Part shown: positions 19,501 through 29,300 of the stretch, piece by piece | Layout of the letters: each line of letters begins with the position of its first letter | Position numbering within the stretch: the first letter of the stretch is position 1 | NCBI GenBank assembly: GCA_934636825.1 | Contig: CAKUBG010000001.1 | Location: forward strand, 256,080-320,079 | Source of the DNA: an uncultured bacterium | Lineage (GTDB): Bacteria > Vulcanimicrobiota > Xenobia > Xenobiales > Xenobiaceae | Direction: 5' to 3' | Length of the DNA: 64,000 nt | Translations under genes and position numbers: made by a program | Notes under the pieces: generated by a model | The model's database searches: none | What the model saw: only the letters and a program-made list of their open reading frames with translations | What the model was told of the DNA's origin: nothing

Positions 19501-21096
19501 TAAGGAAGCAGGCAAATCGACCCGACGTAAAGCGTTACATCCTTTAAAAGCTTCAGAGCCAAGCCGACGTAATTCTTGGCCACAGTTTACTTCCAAGAGT
19601 CCGGAGCAATTCAGAAAAGCCCGCTCACGAATAATTTGCAACTTTTCAGGCAATTCAAGCTTAGTCAAAGAACGACAATTGGCAAAAGCACAAACTCCTA
19701 TTTCCGGAGTATCACTGTGGAAGCGAACAGAGGTAAGCTGAGCACAATCAGAGCAAAACCCCTCGGGAATGGCAATAGGAACAGAAGAAAGATCTATTTC
19801 ATTCAGCTTACGGCAGTTTTCGAAACAACGTTCGCCCAAAGATACAACTTCTCCGGGAATTTCCACAGCATACAAATCGCTGCACCCTTTAAAGCAAGCT
19901 TTGTAAATTTCGCGTAAGCAAAAAGGTAAATAAACCTCGTGCAATCCGCTGCAACCGCTAAATACTTCTTGCTCTAAAACGGATAATTTGCAACGGCTTA
20001 AATCAATTTTTTTCAAATTGACACAATCGCAAAAAGCTCGCACTCCCATGGCGGAGAGAGAAGCGGGAAAAGAAAATTCTTCCAGAGCGGAACATCCACT
20101 AAAAGCACCGCAGCCGACTTCTTGCAAACCAGAACTCAATTTTACGGAACGCAATTTAGAACAATTGCTAAAGATACCGCCTTCCAGAGTAACAAGATTT
20201 TCCGGCAACTCGGCTGTTTCTAAAGAAGAACATTCTGCGAAGGCAAATTCGGCCACCGATTTAAGTTCTGAAGATATATCTACCGATTTTAAGCGAGTGC
20301 AACCACGAAAAGCGGAATAGCCAATTTTTGCCAAAGAAGTGGGCAAGTTGAGAGTATCTATCCCTGTGCAAGCTCGGAAAGCTTCTTCTTTTATATCTTG
20401 CAAAGCCTCCGGCCATTTTATTTCGCGCAAACTTTCGCACTCAAAAAAGCACAGCGGTGGAATTTCTGTCAGAGCAGAGCCTGAAGCGAAAATGGCTTTT
20501 TTGAGCAAAGTGCATTCGCTGAAGGCCGATTTGCCCAATCGTTCCAAGGCAGCTCCAAAAGATATGCTTTTTAAAGAAACGCAACCTTTAAAAGCTTCAT
20601 CACCAATACTTTTCAAAGTGCTTGGCAAAATTACGCTACCAAGACTGCTACAATTAAGAAAAGCCCCCTTGCCTATGGTGACAATGCCTTCCGGTATAAC
20701 TACTTTGGCCAAGTCGGCAAAATCGGCAAAAGCTCCCTCGGCCACAGAAGTGACTCTTACGCCCGAAGGAGAAACAGTCGGCAGCTCTATGCTGCGCTGT
20801 TTTTTAGTTCCTTTCCATTTTATTAAAATGCTCTCATCATAAGCATCAAACTCGAAGTTGTCCGGTAAATTGGAACCGTTATTTAAATGAGGGGTCTTTT
20901 CTTTTGTATTTTCATTTTGTTTATGATTGTTTTTTTCTTGTTTTTTATCATTTTCTACAGAGGAAGCTTCTTTTTCTGCTCTTATCATCGCATCATTAAA
21001 TGTTTTTACTAACGAATAAGGGCCAGGAAAGCCCCTCCTAGCTGAACCACGACAGCGGTTCATATATAACCAGCCTTTGTTCTTGAAAAAATCCAC
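16567..21096 (-). CDS. BspA-type leucine-rich-repeat giant protein (1509 aa)
   Basis: Many ~23-aa repeats of the form 'L..I...AF..C..L..I.LP..L..IG..AF'. Acidic linker. No clear signal peptide. Confidence 0.6.
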   Translation of the reverse strand: MDFFKNKGWLYMNRCRGSARRGFPGPYSLVKTFNDAMIRAEKEASSVENDKKQEKNNHKQNENTKEKTPHLNNGSNLPDNFEFDAYDESILIKWKGTKKQRSIELPTVSPSGVRVTSVAEGAFADFADLAKVVIPEGIVTIGKGAFLNCSSLGSVILPSTLKSIGDEAFKGCVSLKSISFGAALERLGKSAFSECTLLKKAIFASGSALTEIPPLCFFECESLREIKWPEALQDIKEEAFRACTGIDTLNLPTSLAKIGYSAFRGCTRLKSVDISSELKSVAEFAFAECSSLETAELPENLVTLEGGIFSNCSKLRSVKLSSGLQEVGCGAFSGCSALEEFSFPASLSAMGVRAFCDCVNLKKIDLSRCKLSVLEQEVFSGCSGLHEVYLPFCLREIYKACFKGCSDLYAVEIPGEVVSLGERCFENCRKLNEIDLSSVPIAIPEGFCSDCAQLTSVRFHSDTPEIGVCAFANCRSLTKLELPEKLQIIRERAFLNCSGLLEVNCGQELRRLGSEAFKGCNALRRVDLPASLIVFGKEGTIFSSEADELVIYGTPSSSAENYARLHRIKFYDPLLHEIKEDGVEEDEELEDNDTSEDTSDEDLTPEEEEAEVVIPGNKTVRRQVFGLRVNPSSYKAITSKGDWIVIRHKAFEKKADARSNVPVAVHLEGINHIGNRAFCNRNVVFLDCSDNLVSIGKAAFWGCNLLQKVRWSSRLSFIDKSAFWGCNSLKSLDFPDSLQFIDNWAFLGCSGIESIHLPSYLVSLGDYVFAYCSSLVNIVIPSGTRSLGVGVFFGCQSLRRVVIPPSVKQFGPEMCKFSPIFGSGCTLDGASETEEKAKDTEQIIIVCQKDSAAHEYAMQFGIKYELINFEDGCVANELITKGGDYMLCGLGVSDSLSRCTQAFSVKAGHSIPRPVVRLIKSEADKVIASERSILNPDNCAGLSQAKVFSILQGAYELVDLAGYIKAWYRVTSSSAKRILNSSRMFSSIEDISPIKDILVKDTTDANNEQPKEIKPEDILRAACDVLDRMEKIGWFHQFGIKEQNKACRLHKKIAEKTLVSDEQELPTQKIAEVLSPGANATDAVAKQSAVAVTSLKTKLAEGPLALSEKRPTHILSQLSASDRNSSIEVPSKLSVVAAVGALNHSSPSLTTKINLELERYYKGALALSGIRASNSEESHSLSNPTEKKDVQAAHLKEDNRVKVQQHTSLSAPVSDLLSPQKLEMLKKVSTPSAASETASEGIVLAKVPGLSVSKVDVPNELKGRFVEALSDNFMKGNDIVEEINLGPSLKTIGLDAFRSCSRLRIVNMAANGLQTIKDGAWRSCERLTEISLPDSVKELGNRVFCACIHLRNVKLPANLIKLGEAVFADCRSLQSLELPEGLKEVGSKAFFGCRNLESIFIPESLTHLEEKLFDVSQKLTIYAPQGSAAESYATAHAIPFCVASADTWQTVRAEKMQASEAKNEDPQIVVGSEIVEVESVEEVKDNSASLEKKAKYLKRIAARTKGKRR

Positions 21097-21213
21097 GTCT
21101 ATACCCTTCCTTGCTGTATAAAGTTATAACTTTTTGTTGTAAAATTCTCGATTTCAGGCAGAAGCGCCTTTTCTTTCTGTATTTTAGAATACAGCTCGGA
21201 AGAAATATTTAGC

Positions 21214-24200
21214 TTAGAATTCCCAAAAACCTTGGAACCAAGGACGCACTTCTCCGTCTTGATCAAAGCCTAGACGGAAGAGCATATTATTCTTAAAGCG
21301 CCATTCTATGCCATACACACTTTCGTCTTGGCCTGTTTGAGTATTCAAACTACGCGTCAAGGTAAACAAGAAGCGATCTTTTGAATCAATCGATTTAGCT
21401 ATTTTGAAAGAATAACCGTGCGGAGAGGTTATATCTACCGAGAAGTCGGACAAAAACAGCATACGACTGATTTCTTGAGTCAGAGGTGAAGAAATAATCT
21501 TCGAAAGCATAGAAATACCAGACGTACTCAGATTTAAATCAGTACTTACAGCCTGACTTCCGGTAGTATTTCCGGGAGCGTGAACCATTTGAGCTCCGGA
21601 ATTAGAAGGAGTATATTTGGCGAACCCCCCTAAAGCCAATAGATTTTGAATTTCCTTCTCAGCCAAAGGAGGATTGGAAACAAATTCCACTTTGATGTTC
21701 GGGTAAGCGCCGCTCACAAAAGCCGTAACTTCGTAGTCGTCTACTTGGGCATCGGCTGTCACGTCTCGCAATTCAGGCATTTGACTATGATTAAAGACAG
21801 CTTTACCGCTACGTACTTTAAATTTTAAATCATATAAAGGAATAGCCAAAAGGCCGCGAGACAAGTCTACTTCGCCATCGATAACCGGTTTGCCAGTAGC
21901 TTTATCGGGCACAACGGCCAACTCTCCAGCAGCTCTAATACGGCACCCCAAGGCATGCATCCACACATCTTCACCTATATTGACATCAATGCGATAGTCA
22001 ACTGGGAGTTTACTCCAATCAAAACTAACTCCGGAAGTGCTAGTTAGCGTACTGACATCAACACTGACATCACCTCTGGGTACAGAGATCTTGCCGGAAA
22101 GGTAGTACATTTTGGGAATGGGTATTACCTGAGCTTTTGAGGTTGCAGAATATATACCAAACTTAGGACGAGCTGCAGCTCTAGTGCGCAAACTCTCTTT
22201 CCATGAAGCCAACTCCTGACCGCTCACTTCAGCTTTGCTCAAATGCAAATCCACATCGGCTCTGCCTTCAAAGAGACTGCCCCAGCGCAAAGGAAGTTGC
22301 TCACCACTCAAAGACAGATCCACATCCATAGGAGTAAAGCCATCCATATCAGCTCGTCCCTGCACTACAAAAGGCTTGTCTCCGAGCATGCCAGTAAATT
22401 TGCGCAACTCAAAGCGATTAAAGCGAGCATCACTAAAATCAAGAGGCTCAAATTTTCCCTTTTCTGCGCTCTGTTTTTCTTTCGAGTCAGTATTTTTAGG
22501 CTCTATTTCAGAATTTTGCACTTGACCATTTTCTTGAGCTTTTCGGCTAAGATGCTCGGCTAAAACGGCTCCGAAGCCATGCTCTGCTATATAATTGTGT
22601 TTTTTCTGTTCGATATATTTGTTTTTTAATTCAGAATCGAGAATTTCGCTAAAATTGGCTTCAATATTCAAACTGGAAATAGTACCGGCCTTTTTATGGT
22701 TAACTTGACCGTCAATAACTTTCAATTCACCAATTATTTCCGGACGCATCAAAGTGCCGCCGATGTGCAAATTGCCTAACATATTGCCGGCACTGTCGGC
22801 AACATCACTAACAACACTTGAAAGCAAACCTAAATCTTTATCTTTAAGATCGGCATCAATATCAATATCACCATCTAAAGACACGCTGGTTCCTTCCCAG
22901 AAAGGCACCAAAGATCCGTTGTTTTTGGGTCTCACTCTAGTAACTTCATAAGGCAGAGTACCGGAAATACTGAAGACACGATCATTTTTCTTTTCCTTAC
23001 CGAAGTAAATTTTAATACCGTCGGTATAATCTTCAGACTGGCTCAGTTCTTGCAAGCCTTGGCTGACGATATTTTTTATTCGCTCATTCCTGAAAGTATT
23101 TTCGGAAGTGCCAAGTTTTACTTGGTAAACTTTGCTTTGTGGATCGCGACGACCGCTAACAGCACCGGTAATAGAAGCCAAGTCTAAGTTGCCAGCTTTG
23201 CCATTAGTAACATTAAATAACATGTTAAAAACGGGTGAATAGATAGGGCCGGAAGCGTTCAATACAAAATTTTCTACGAAACCGCTATTCAAACTGGGGA
23301 AAAGGAAAGATCCCAACTCAGAAATGGGCACTTGACTTATGTTTAAATGAAGCTCATTGGCATCTATAGAAGCAGTAGTTTTATTGTTGGAGTCAGCTTT
23401 ATTTTTGCTCTCAGAAGATACGCCGGTTGACGAACGCCAAGGTAAACGAGTAAGAGCCAGATTGGCACTGCCGCTGACACTGCCAGAAGCAGCTTCTTCG
23501 TCGTCTTTACCTTCCGGGCCAAAAGTATGTCTTTCAGGTACAAATTCAAAAGGCTCTATAATAAAACGGCCGGCCTTTTCTTCTCTACTGTAGCCACCTT
23601 TTAGATTCTGTTTAAGAGTAAGTCCACGCCATAAAACGCGATGGGGCTGTTTTTTTTCAGTTTCCTCTTGCTTTTCTCCGCTCTTCTCAATATTTTCTGT
23701 TTCGTCAACGGTGACACTGCCAAAGGCTAATTGCGAAATGTTAAAGTTGTAGCACAAAGAACCAGCCGGAGCTTCAACCAAATGGCCTCGGTACCACTGG
23801 CCTTTTAATCCCAACTCTCCGCTAAAACTAAAGCGACGCTGACTCATGGGCAAACCCAAAGCAGCTCTGGCCATATTGCCTTGGAAGTTCTGCAAACTGA
23901 AAGTTAATGGCTGTTTATCATTTCCAAAATCAGGACCATCAGGACCTAAGAACCAATTTCCTCCTTCGGAACCTAAGGACGGAGAAAAATTGAAATCGCC
24001 AGATATAGCAAACGATACAGGATCTTTGTCTAAACGAGCGCCAATGATATTTCCTTCATTGTCCAAAGCCGGATGAGGACGGAATCCTTTTTGATTTTCA
24101 TCTTCAGGCTCCGTCAAGCGATCAGCTACTTCCTTAGGAAGTAAAGCTTTCTCAAAAAATCTGTATGCGCTAAATTTAACAGCTTCAGAGGGGATGTTTA

Positions 24201-27200
24201 CATAAATGCGCCCGTCTCTATAGTCGGCCGTTACGCCCAATCCCTTGGCCGTATACAACTGGCCATTTTCTCCACTCTTAACTGTGCCCATTCTAAAATC
24301 AGGGAAGTAAAGACTTACGGGAACTGATCCCCAAGTAACGTCCTTACCCTCCATGGCAAAAATCGCTTGTACTGCTTTAAAAGACGGATCATCAGATTCA
24401 ACGCATAAAGCTAAATCGACATTGCCATGTAAATCCGAAAGAGCGGGATCGAAGTAGGAGAGAGAATCTAAAGCGATATCTTTGGCATAAAGTTTGCTCT
24501 CCAAACGGCCTGAAGAACTGCGCCAGCCGAATCCTTGGACAAGAAAGTTGCCAGAAAGCAAGTTCAAATCCGAAAAAATCAACTTGTTGCTGTCCCTACT
24601 GACTTTAGCGGAAAGTCTATCAATAGGAATCAAACTATTGGCTAAGAGCAAATTACCATCATGGAAATACATGGAACCTTCCATAGACAAGGTATCCAAA
24701 AGACCACGCTTGGCGTCAAAAGAGACATCAAGTTCATCGGTACCTAACCAACCGCTAAGCCTTTGCCTTTGTCCCTCCAAACTTGGCAACAAAGCCATAA
24801 CGTGGTTACTATTCCAATCATTAGCTTTAATATTTAGGGTTACTTGGCCATCATTGATGCGTCCTTTAGCTTGCAATAAACCTGAAGGCACAGCCTCAGA
24901 ATCATAATTTGCCAAATGGCCGTCAGCTTGGAAAAGACGCTCGTCTCTAGGTGAAGACGACACTAAAAGGCGCTCAAAATTAATCGCTCCCATAGCAGCT
25001 TTGCCTTTAGCTTTAGGATCAAAAGCTACTTCCGAAGATAAAGAAGCCGCTCCAGAGAAAACGCGACTATTATCGGCACTACCCGCAGTAAACCAAGGAA
25101 TATAGGCCCAAGTGCCGGGTAAAATTTTCGGCACTCCGTGTTCGGAACCGATCTTAGCATAAAGCTTAGCTTGGCCGCCGGTAATATTGGCCTTATCTAA
25201 CAAATCGGCTGCCTGAGCCAGCCAGTTTTGTTCGTGTAACCAAGCGATATCTATATCTGTAGCTTCGGCTGCTAGCTGGTAACTGAGAGGAGTACCCAAC
25301 ATAATGTCGCCTTCTATTTTTACCAGACCTATTTTAGGCAACCAGGAATAAAGCAAGCCATTTTGTTGCAATGGGCGAGCCATATCCGGCCCCAAGAAGG
25401 CATAGGCGCTTCCCTCCAAGTGAGGAATAGCTTCCCAACCGGAACGGGGCCAATAATTCCATGCCAAAAGGTTGTCATGCAAACTCAGACAACCGTTTTT
25501 TAAAGCTCCGCTACCGGCCAGCCATAAAGTGTGCTGATCGACAAATTTGACCGGCGAACCGCTTATAGCTGTAAAGTAGCTAAAGGCCAAATCTTTAGGC
25601 TGCCCCCAAGCTCCGAAACGGCCAGTCAAACGCCCCTCTAGCGCCAAATCTTGAGTGAGGCGGCGGCCATCTAAAGCTAAATCTCTGGCCCAGCCGACAA
25701 AGCCAAGTCCTTGTTGGCCCACGAAGCCTTGCGCAGCAGCGGCATAAGTACTGGGATCTTCGAAGGGACTGAACCCGGGAGCTACAGTGTAAGCCAAACC
25801 CAATCTTTGCATAACTGCCTGAGAGTCGGCTTCGTTGGCTTTAATTGATAAATTTAAATCATCAATTTTTTCTGCAGCCACACCAGCCGAAGAAGCCAAA
25901 AGCGTGTTGTTTTGCTTGGCCAACGGCGCAAGCGCAGGCACAGGTGTAGGCTCCGGACTAATTTCCACACCCACTTGAGATGAATTGGCACAGGAAGCAC
26001 TATTTTCAACAGCAATATTTTCCGTAGCCTCAGTAGCTGCCACAGCCGTTGTGTTGGCCGCCACCTCTTGTAGTGAAGCTTGGGGGCCAGTTTGTCCTTC
26101 GACGTAAAGGCTAATCCAATTGTTACGATCGGCTCCGTTGGCAAACCAGCTAGCTCCCATATCCCCTACCCCATTAAGCTTCAAAGGAATATCATATTTG
26201 ACAATATCAGCGAAAGGAGCAATATTTACATCTCGGGCCAGCATGCTTACACTGGAAGTGCCACCTTTTAAACCGATCCAACCGCTGGCAAAAATATTGC
26301 CTCCAGCCGCCTGTCCAGTCATTTGGGGGAGATAAACATTTAAGCGATCTAAGCCAATTGCCCCATGCAAATTGTTTATTTGTAAGGAGCCTAAATTTAA
26401 ATTGGTAGATTGACTGTAAGCACAAACGCTTAAACTGTTTAAATCGGTGGGTACGCCCATAACCTGAGCGCTACCGCTGACGGTTCCGTTAACTGAGCCT
26501 ATGGAGGGCACATTTATGGAGGGCAAAGACAAATTGTCAGTTTGCACAGAAGCGTACAAATAAGGGTGTTTGTAATTATAGCTGGCATAAGGCACACTGG
26601 CTTGGCCTAAATTCGTATAAGCTCTGACATTATTTAGACTTACGGTATCTCCCAACATCATAAATTGAGCCGAAGCCGATTCTAACATGGAAGCAGCACC
26701 GGAGAAGCCGCCTACTCCGGAACCCTCACCGTAAACAAATGGTGCGTCGGCAGTACCGACCATAGATACTTTAAACTGATCGATATGGCCACCAACTGGA
26801 CTAATACCTTGCAAAGAAAGTCCTTGACCGTCGAGATTAAAAACCAATTGAGGCTTAGCTCCTTCAAAAAGGGCATAACCGTGACCTTGAATATTCCCGC
26901 TAGCGGCCTGAGCTTTTAAATTTTCGATAGTGAGAAGCTTGTCTTTCCAGCTTATATCTATGTTAAGCTGACGTATCTCTTGATCGGCGTAAGCCAATTT
27001 TGCCGATTTTATACTACCCTTGGCTTCGGGATTGCGCAAAGCTCCGTCTACATTTAATTCAGTGCTAATCTTGCCGCTTATTGGAAATTTTAATCCCAAA
27101 GCTTTGCTCAATCTACGCAATTGCAATTCGGGGACGGTAGCGTCTAATTTAACTCGTCCTTGCCAATCTTTTATTTGGCCTGAAGGGCTCCAAATATAAA

Positions 27201-28218
27201 CTTTTCCACCGGCAGAAAGTAAAGCATCGGCAAATTGAGCCTTCAAATTTTTTATAGAAGCCAAACCGGAAATGAGATCGGCCTCCAAAACAATATTGTC
27301 GATAGGTTCTTGGCAATGCGTAACCATAAGAGAGCCGTGGTTTAGTTTTACGTAGCCTCCATAGTTGAGCTTTTCTAAAGTTTTATTCCAAGTTGAAGCC
27401 TTACAATTGACCCAAAGTTTGCTATTAAGCTGTGCTCCCAGCAAGCGAATAGTTTGAGGTAAGTGATAATATTCGCTCCAACGTGCCAAATCAATATTAG
27501 TTAAATTGAGAGCAGCATCGAAATCTGGAGCCATGTCCAGACGGATTTTACCTGCCAATTCGACTTTGCCATTTTCCGGTGCCCAAGAATTGGCTTTTTG
27601 AAGAGGCACAAAGCTGAGAATGAACTCTGCTTTATGAGTAGGTCGAGCAATAATACGAAGATTTAATTTATCTAATTGAGCGCAAAAATCACCTCGGCTC
27701 CAATCTCGGAAAAAAGCCGAGCCGTTGTCTAAACTGACAGTTCCTTCATAGCGACAAAAATATTGCTCCCAAGGCCAACGCTCCTTGTCTTTTTTTGGCT
27801 TAGTTGACTTTAGCTGAGCAAAATTAAAATAGCCGTTTTTATCTATTTCCGGGGCTAAACTTAAATTGTGCAAACGTAAGTCGCCCAAAACAGCCATGTA
27901 ATCCAAACGTCCTAAGCCTCTAAGCCAATGGAAATCAAGTTCTGCTCTTTCCAAATCGGCTAGAGACTCTCCATCGTCAGATTTTAAAGAAACCCCCTCC
28001 AAAACTAAAGACTTTCTACTAAATTCGGCTCTTTTCAGTTTGACTTGCCCGGTAAAACTATCATTAAGGATACTAAGACCATATTGAGCCAAAGAATCAG
28101 TCGATTGAGAAAGACACAAATAAAAAAAGACTGCCAGACATAGCAAAAAAGCGGCTAAAGCAGCCGCAACCACGCCCCCGACTTTTAATATATGGCTTGT
28201 TAGAGAAAGCTTAGTCAA
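21214..28218 (-). CDS. tamB: TamB/AsmA-like translocation and assembly module protein (2334 aa)
   Basis: N-terminal signal anchor, a huge beta-rich body, and a DUF490-like C-terminus ending '...RLGFDQDGEVRPWFQGFWEF'. Confidence 0.55.
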   Translation of the reverse strand: MTKLSLTSHILKVGGVVAAALAAFLLCLAVFFYLCLSQSTDSLAQYGLSILNDSFTGQVKLKRAEFSRKSLVLEGVSLKSDDGESLADLERAELDFHWLRGLGRLDYMAVLGDLRLHNLSLAPEIDKNGYFNFAQLKSTKPKKDKERWPWEQYFCRYEGTVSLDNGSAFFRDWSRGDFCAQLDKLNLRIIARPTHKAEFILSFVPLQKANSWAPENGKVELAGKIRLDMAPDFDAALNLTNIDLARWSEYYHLPQTIRLLGAQLNSKLWVNCKASTWNKTLEKLNYGGYVKLNHGSLMVTHCQEPIDNIVLEADLISGLASIKNLKAQFADALLSAGGKVYIWSPSGQIKDWQGRVKLDATVPELQLRRLSKALGLKFPISGKISTELNVDGALRNPEAKGSIKSAKLAYADQEIRQLNIDISWKDKLLTIENLKAQAASGNIQGHGYALFEGAKPQLVFNLDGQGLSLQGISPVGGHIDQFKVSMVGTADAPFVYGEGSGVGGFSGAASMLESASAQFMMLGDTVSLNNVRAYTNLGQASVPYASYNYKHPYLYASVQTDNLSLPSINVPSIGSVNGTVSGSAQVMGVPTDLNSLSVCAYSQSTNLNLGSLQINNLHGAIGLDRLNVYLPQMTGQAAGGNIFASGWIGLKGGTSSVSMLARDVNIAPFADIVKYDIPLKLNGVGDMGASWFANGADRNNWISLYVEGQTGPQASLQEVAANTTAVAATEATENIAVENSASCANSSQVGVEISPEPTPVPALAPLAKQNNTLLASSAGVAAEKIDDLNLSIKANEADSQAVMQRLGLAYTVAPGFSPFEDPSTYAAAAQGFVGQQGLGFVGWARDLALDGRRLTQDLALEGRLTGRFGAWGQPKDLAFSYFTAISGSPVKFVDQHTLWLAGSGALKNGCLSLHDNLLAWNYWPRSGWEAIPHLEGSAYAFLGPDMARPLQQNGLLYSWLPKIGLVKIEGDIMLGTPLSYQLAAEATDIDIAWLHEQNWLAQAADLLDKANITGGQAKLYAKIGSEHGVPKILPGTWAYIPWFTAGSADNSRVFSGAASLSSEVAFDPKAKGKAAMGAINFERLLVSSSPRDERLFQADGHLANYDSEAVPSGLLQAKGRINDGQVTLNIKANDWNSNHVMALLPSLEGQRQRLSGWLGTDELDVSFDAKRGLLDTLSMEGSMYFHDGNLLLANSLIPIDRLSAKVSRDSNKLIFSDLNLLSGNFLVQGFGWRSSSGRLESKLYAKDIALDSLSYFDPALSDLHGNVDLALCVESDDPSFKAVQAIFAMEGKDVTWGSVPVSLYFPDFRMGTVKSGENGQLYTAKGLGVTADYRDGRIYVNIPSEAVKFSAYRFFEKALLPKEVADRLTEPEDENQKGFRPHPALDNEGNIIGARLDKDPVSFAISGDFNFSPSLGSEGGNWFLGPDGPDFGNDKQPLTFSLQNFQGNMARAALGLPMSQRRFSFSGELGLKGQWYRGHLVEAPAGSLCYNFNISQLAFGSVTVDETENIEKSGEKQEETEKKQPHRVLWRGLTLKQNLKGGYSREEKAGRFIIEPFEFVPERHTFGPEGKDDEEAASGSVSGSANLALTRLPWRSSTGVSSESKNKADSNNKTTASIDANELHLNISQVPISELGSFLFPSLNSGFVENFVLNASGPIYSPVFNMLFNVTNGKAGNLDLASITGAVSGRRDPQSKVYQVKLGTSENTFRNERIKNIVSQGLQELSQSEDYTDGIKIYFGKEKKNDRVFSISGTLPYEVTRVRPKNNGSLVPFWEGTSVSLDGDIDIDADLKDKDLGLLSSVVSDVADSAGNMLGNLHIGGTLMRPEIIGELKVIDGQVNHKKAGTISSLNIEANFSEILDSELKNKYIEQKKHNYIAEHGFGAVLAEHLSRKAQENGQVQNSEIEPKNTDSKEKQSAEKGKFEPLDFSDARFNRFELRKFTGMLGDKPFVVQGRADMDGFTPMDVDLSLSGEQLPLRWGSLFEGRADVDLHLSKAEVSGQELASWKESLRTRAAARPKFGIYSATSKAQVIPIPKMYYLSGKISVPRGDVSVDVSTLTSTSGVSFDWSKLPVDYRIDVNIGEDVWMHALGCRIRAAGELAVVPDKATGKPVIDGEVDLSRGLLAIPLYDLKFKVRSGKAVFNHSQMPELRDVTADAQVDDYEVTAFVSGAYPNIKVEFVSNPPLAEKEIQNLLALGGFAKYTPSNSGAQMVHAPGNTTGSQAVSTDLNLSTSGISMLSKIISSPLTQEISRMLFLSDFSVDITSPHGYSFKIAKSIDSKDRFLFTLTRSLNTQTGQDESVYGIEWRFKNNMLFRLGFDQDGEVRPWFQGFWEF

Positions 28219-28221
28219 GGT

Positions 28222-29208
28222 TTATCCCCCGGTTTTGACTTTTTCTATTTGTGCCACTTCGACCGAACTGCATCCTAAAACAGAACAATATTGAGGATTA
28301 TCAGCTACTTTTACCGGAATGGAAAAATAATCTTGCAAGAATTTATCTATTCCAGCAGTTTGCGTTCCACCGCCCACTAAAAGAATACCGCTGTCAACCA
28401 AATCGGCAGAGAGCTCACAGGGAGTCTCCAACATAACATCTTGGATAGCCCTGACTATATCATTTAAGGGGCGAGCTAAGCAAGAATTGATAACAGAAGA
28501 AGAAACCAAACGCTCGCAAGGCAAACCGCTTACCAAATCAAAGCCGTTAATTTTCATTTCCTTGGGAACTTCCAAAGGTATAGCCGAAGCGAGGCTCTTC
28601 TTTAACGTCTCTACCACACTTTCGGAGACAGAAACATTGTATTGACGACGTAAAACTCGAGCTATTTCCGCTGAGAAATCGCCACTTCCCACATTGGCTG
28701 TAGCCGAAACGATAATTTCATTGGCACTTAGTACCGAGACTTCAGTCTTGCCATCACCAATATCGACAAGCAAAATACCACCGGGCAAGTCCATATCAGC
28801 ACCAGCTCCTAACGCGGCAGCCAAAGGAGAAGGAACAAAATTGCAAGAGACAGCTCCTAAACAATCAAAAAGCTGCTGCCAACAAATTTTATCCACACTG
28901 CCAACCGAAGCAGGCAAAGTTACGCGAGCTTTTATACGACGCGCTTTGGAAAGTTTGCGCAAATGAAAGCGTAATAAAGCTTCGGCTAAGGAGAAATCAC
29001 GTATGCGACCGCGCTTGATGGGATAGACGCTAGACAAAGCCGCAAGAGGTTTGTCTGCTAAGTCCAAAGCAGCGCGGCCAACCGCTTTTATATGACCAGA
29101 GTTGCAATCTACAGCAACTAAAGAAGGCTCGTCGACAATAACTTTGCCGTCAATACTTAAGCGTAAATTAGCGCTGCCAAAATCCAAATTAACGTGCAAA
29201 AAAAACAA
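28222..29208 (-). CDS. MreB/Mbl-like actin-family ATPase
   Basis: 'DFGSANLR' and 'LLVDIGDGKTEVSV' (phosphate-binding motifs), and 'ILLVGGGTQTAGIDKFL...PVKVADNPQYCSVLG' (MreB C-terminal signature). Ends 3 nt before the tamB-like start. Confidence 0.6.
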   Translation of the reverse strand: MFFLHVNLDFGSANLRLSIDGKVIVDEPSLVAVDCNSGHIKAVGRAALDLADKPLAALSSVYPIKRGRIRDFSLAEALLRFHLRKLSKARRIKARVTLPASVGSVDKICWQQLFDCLGAVSCNFVPSPLAAALGAGADMDLPGGILLVDIGDGKTEVSVLSANEIIVSATANVGSGDFSAEIARVLRRQYNVSVSESVVETLKKSLASAIPLEVPKEMKINGFDLVSGLPCERLVSSSVINSCLARPLNDIVRAIQDVMLETPCELSADLVDSGILLVGGGTQTAGIDKFLQDYFSIPVKVADNPQYCSVLGCSSVEVAQIEKVKTGG

Positions 29209-29300
29209 AGCCGACGAGCCCCTGCGATATAAAAAGCTAAATTAAAAGAAGAGAATTAGACGAACGTACCCCAAATGCCATCATATAAAAAGTGCTGGCT

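Noticed and set aside
21120-21200. CTGTATTTTAGAATACAG palindrome read as a LexA/SOS box
   Set aside because: Spacing is CTGT-N10-ACAG, not N8. It is more likely a small stem-loop downstream of the tamB-like gene.
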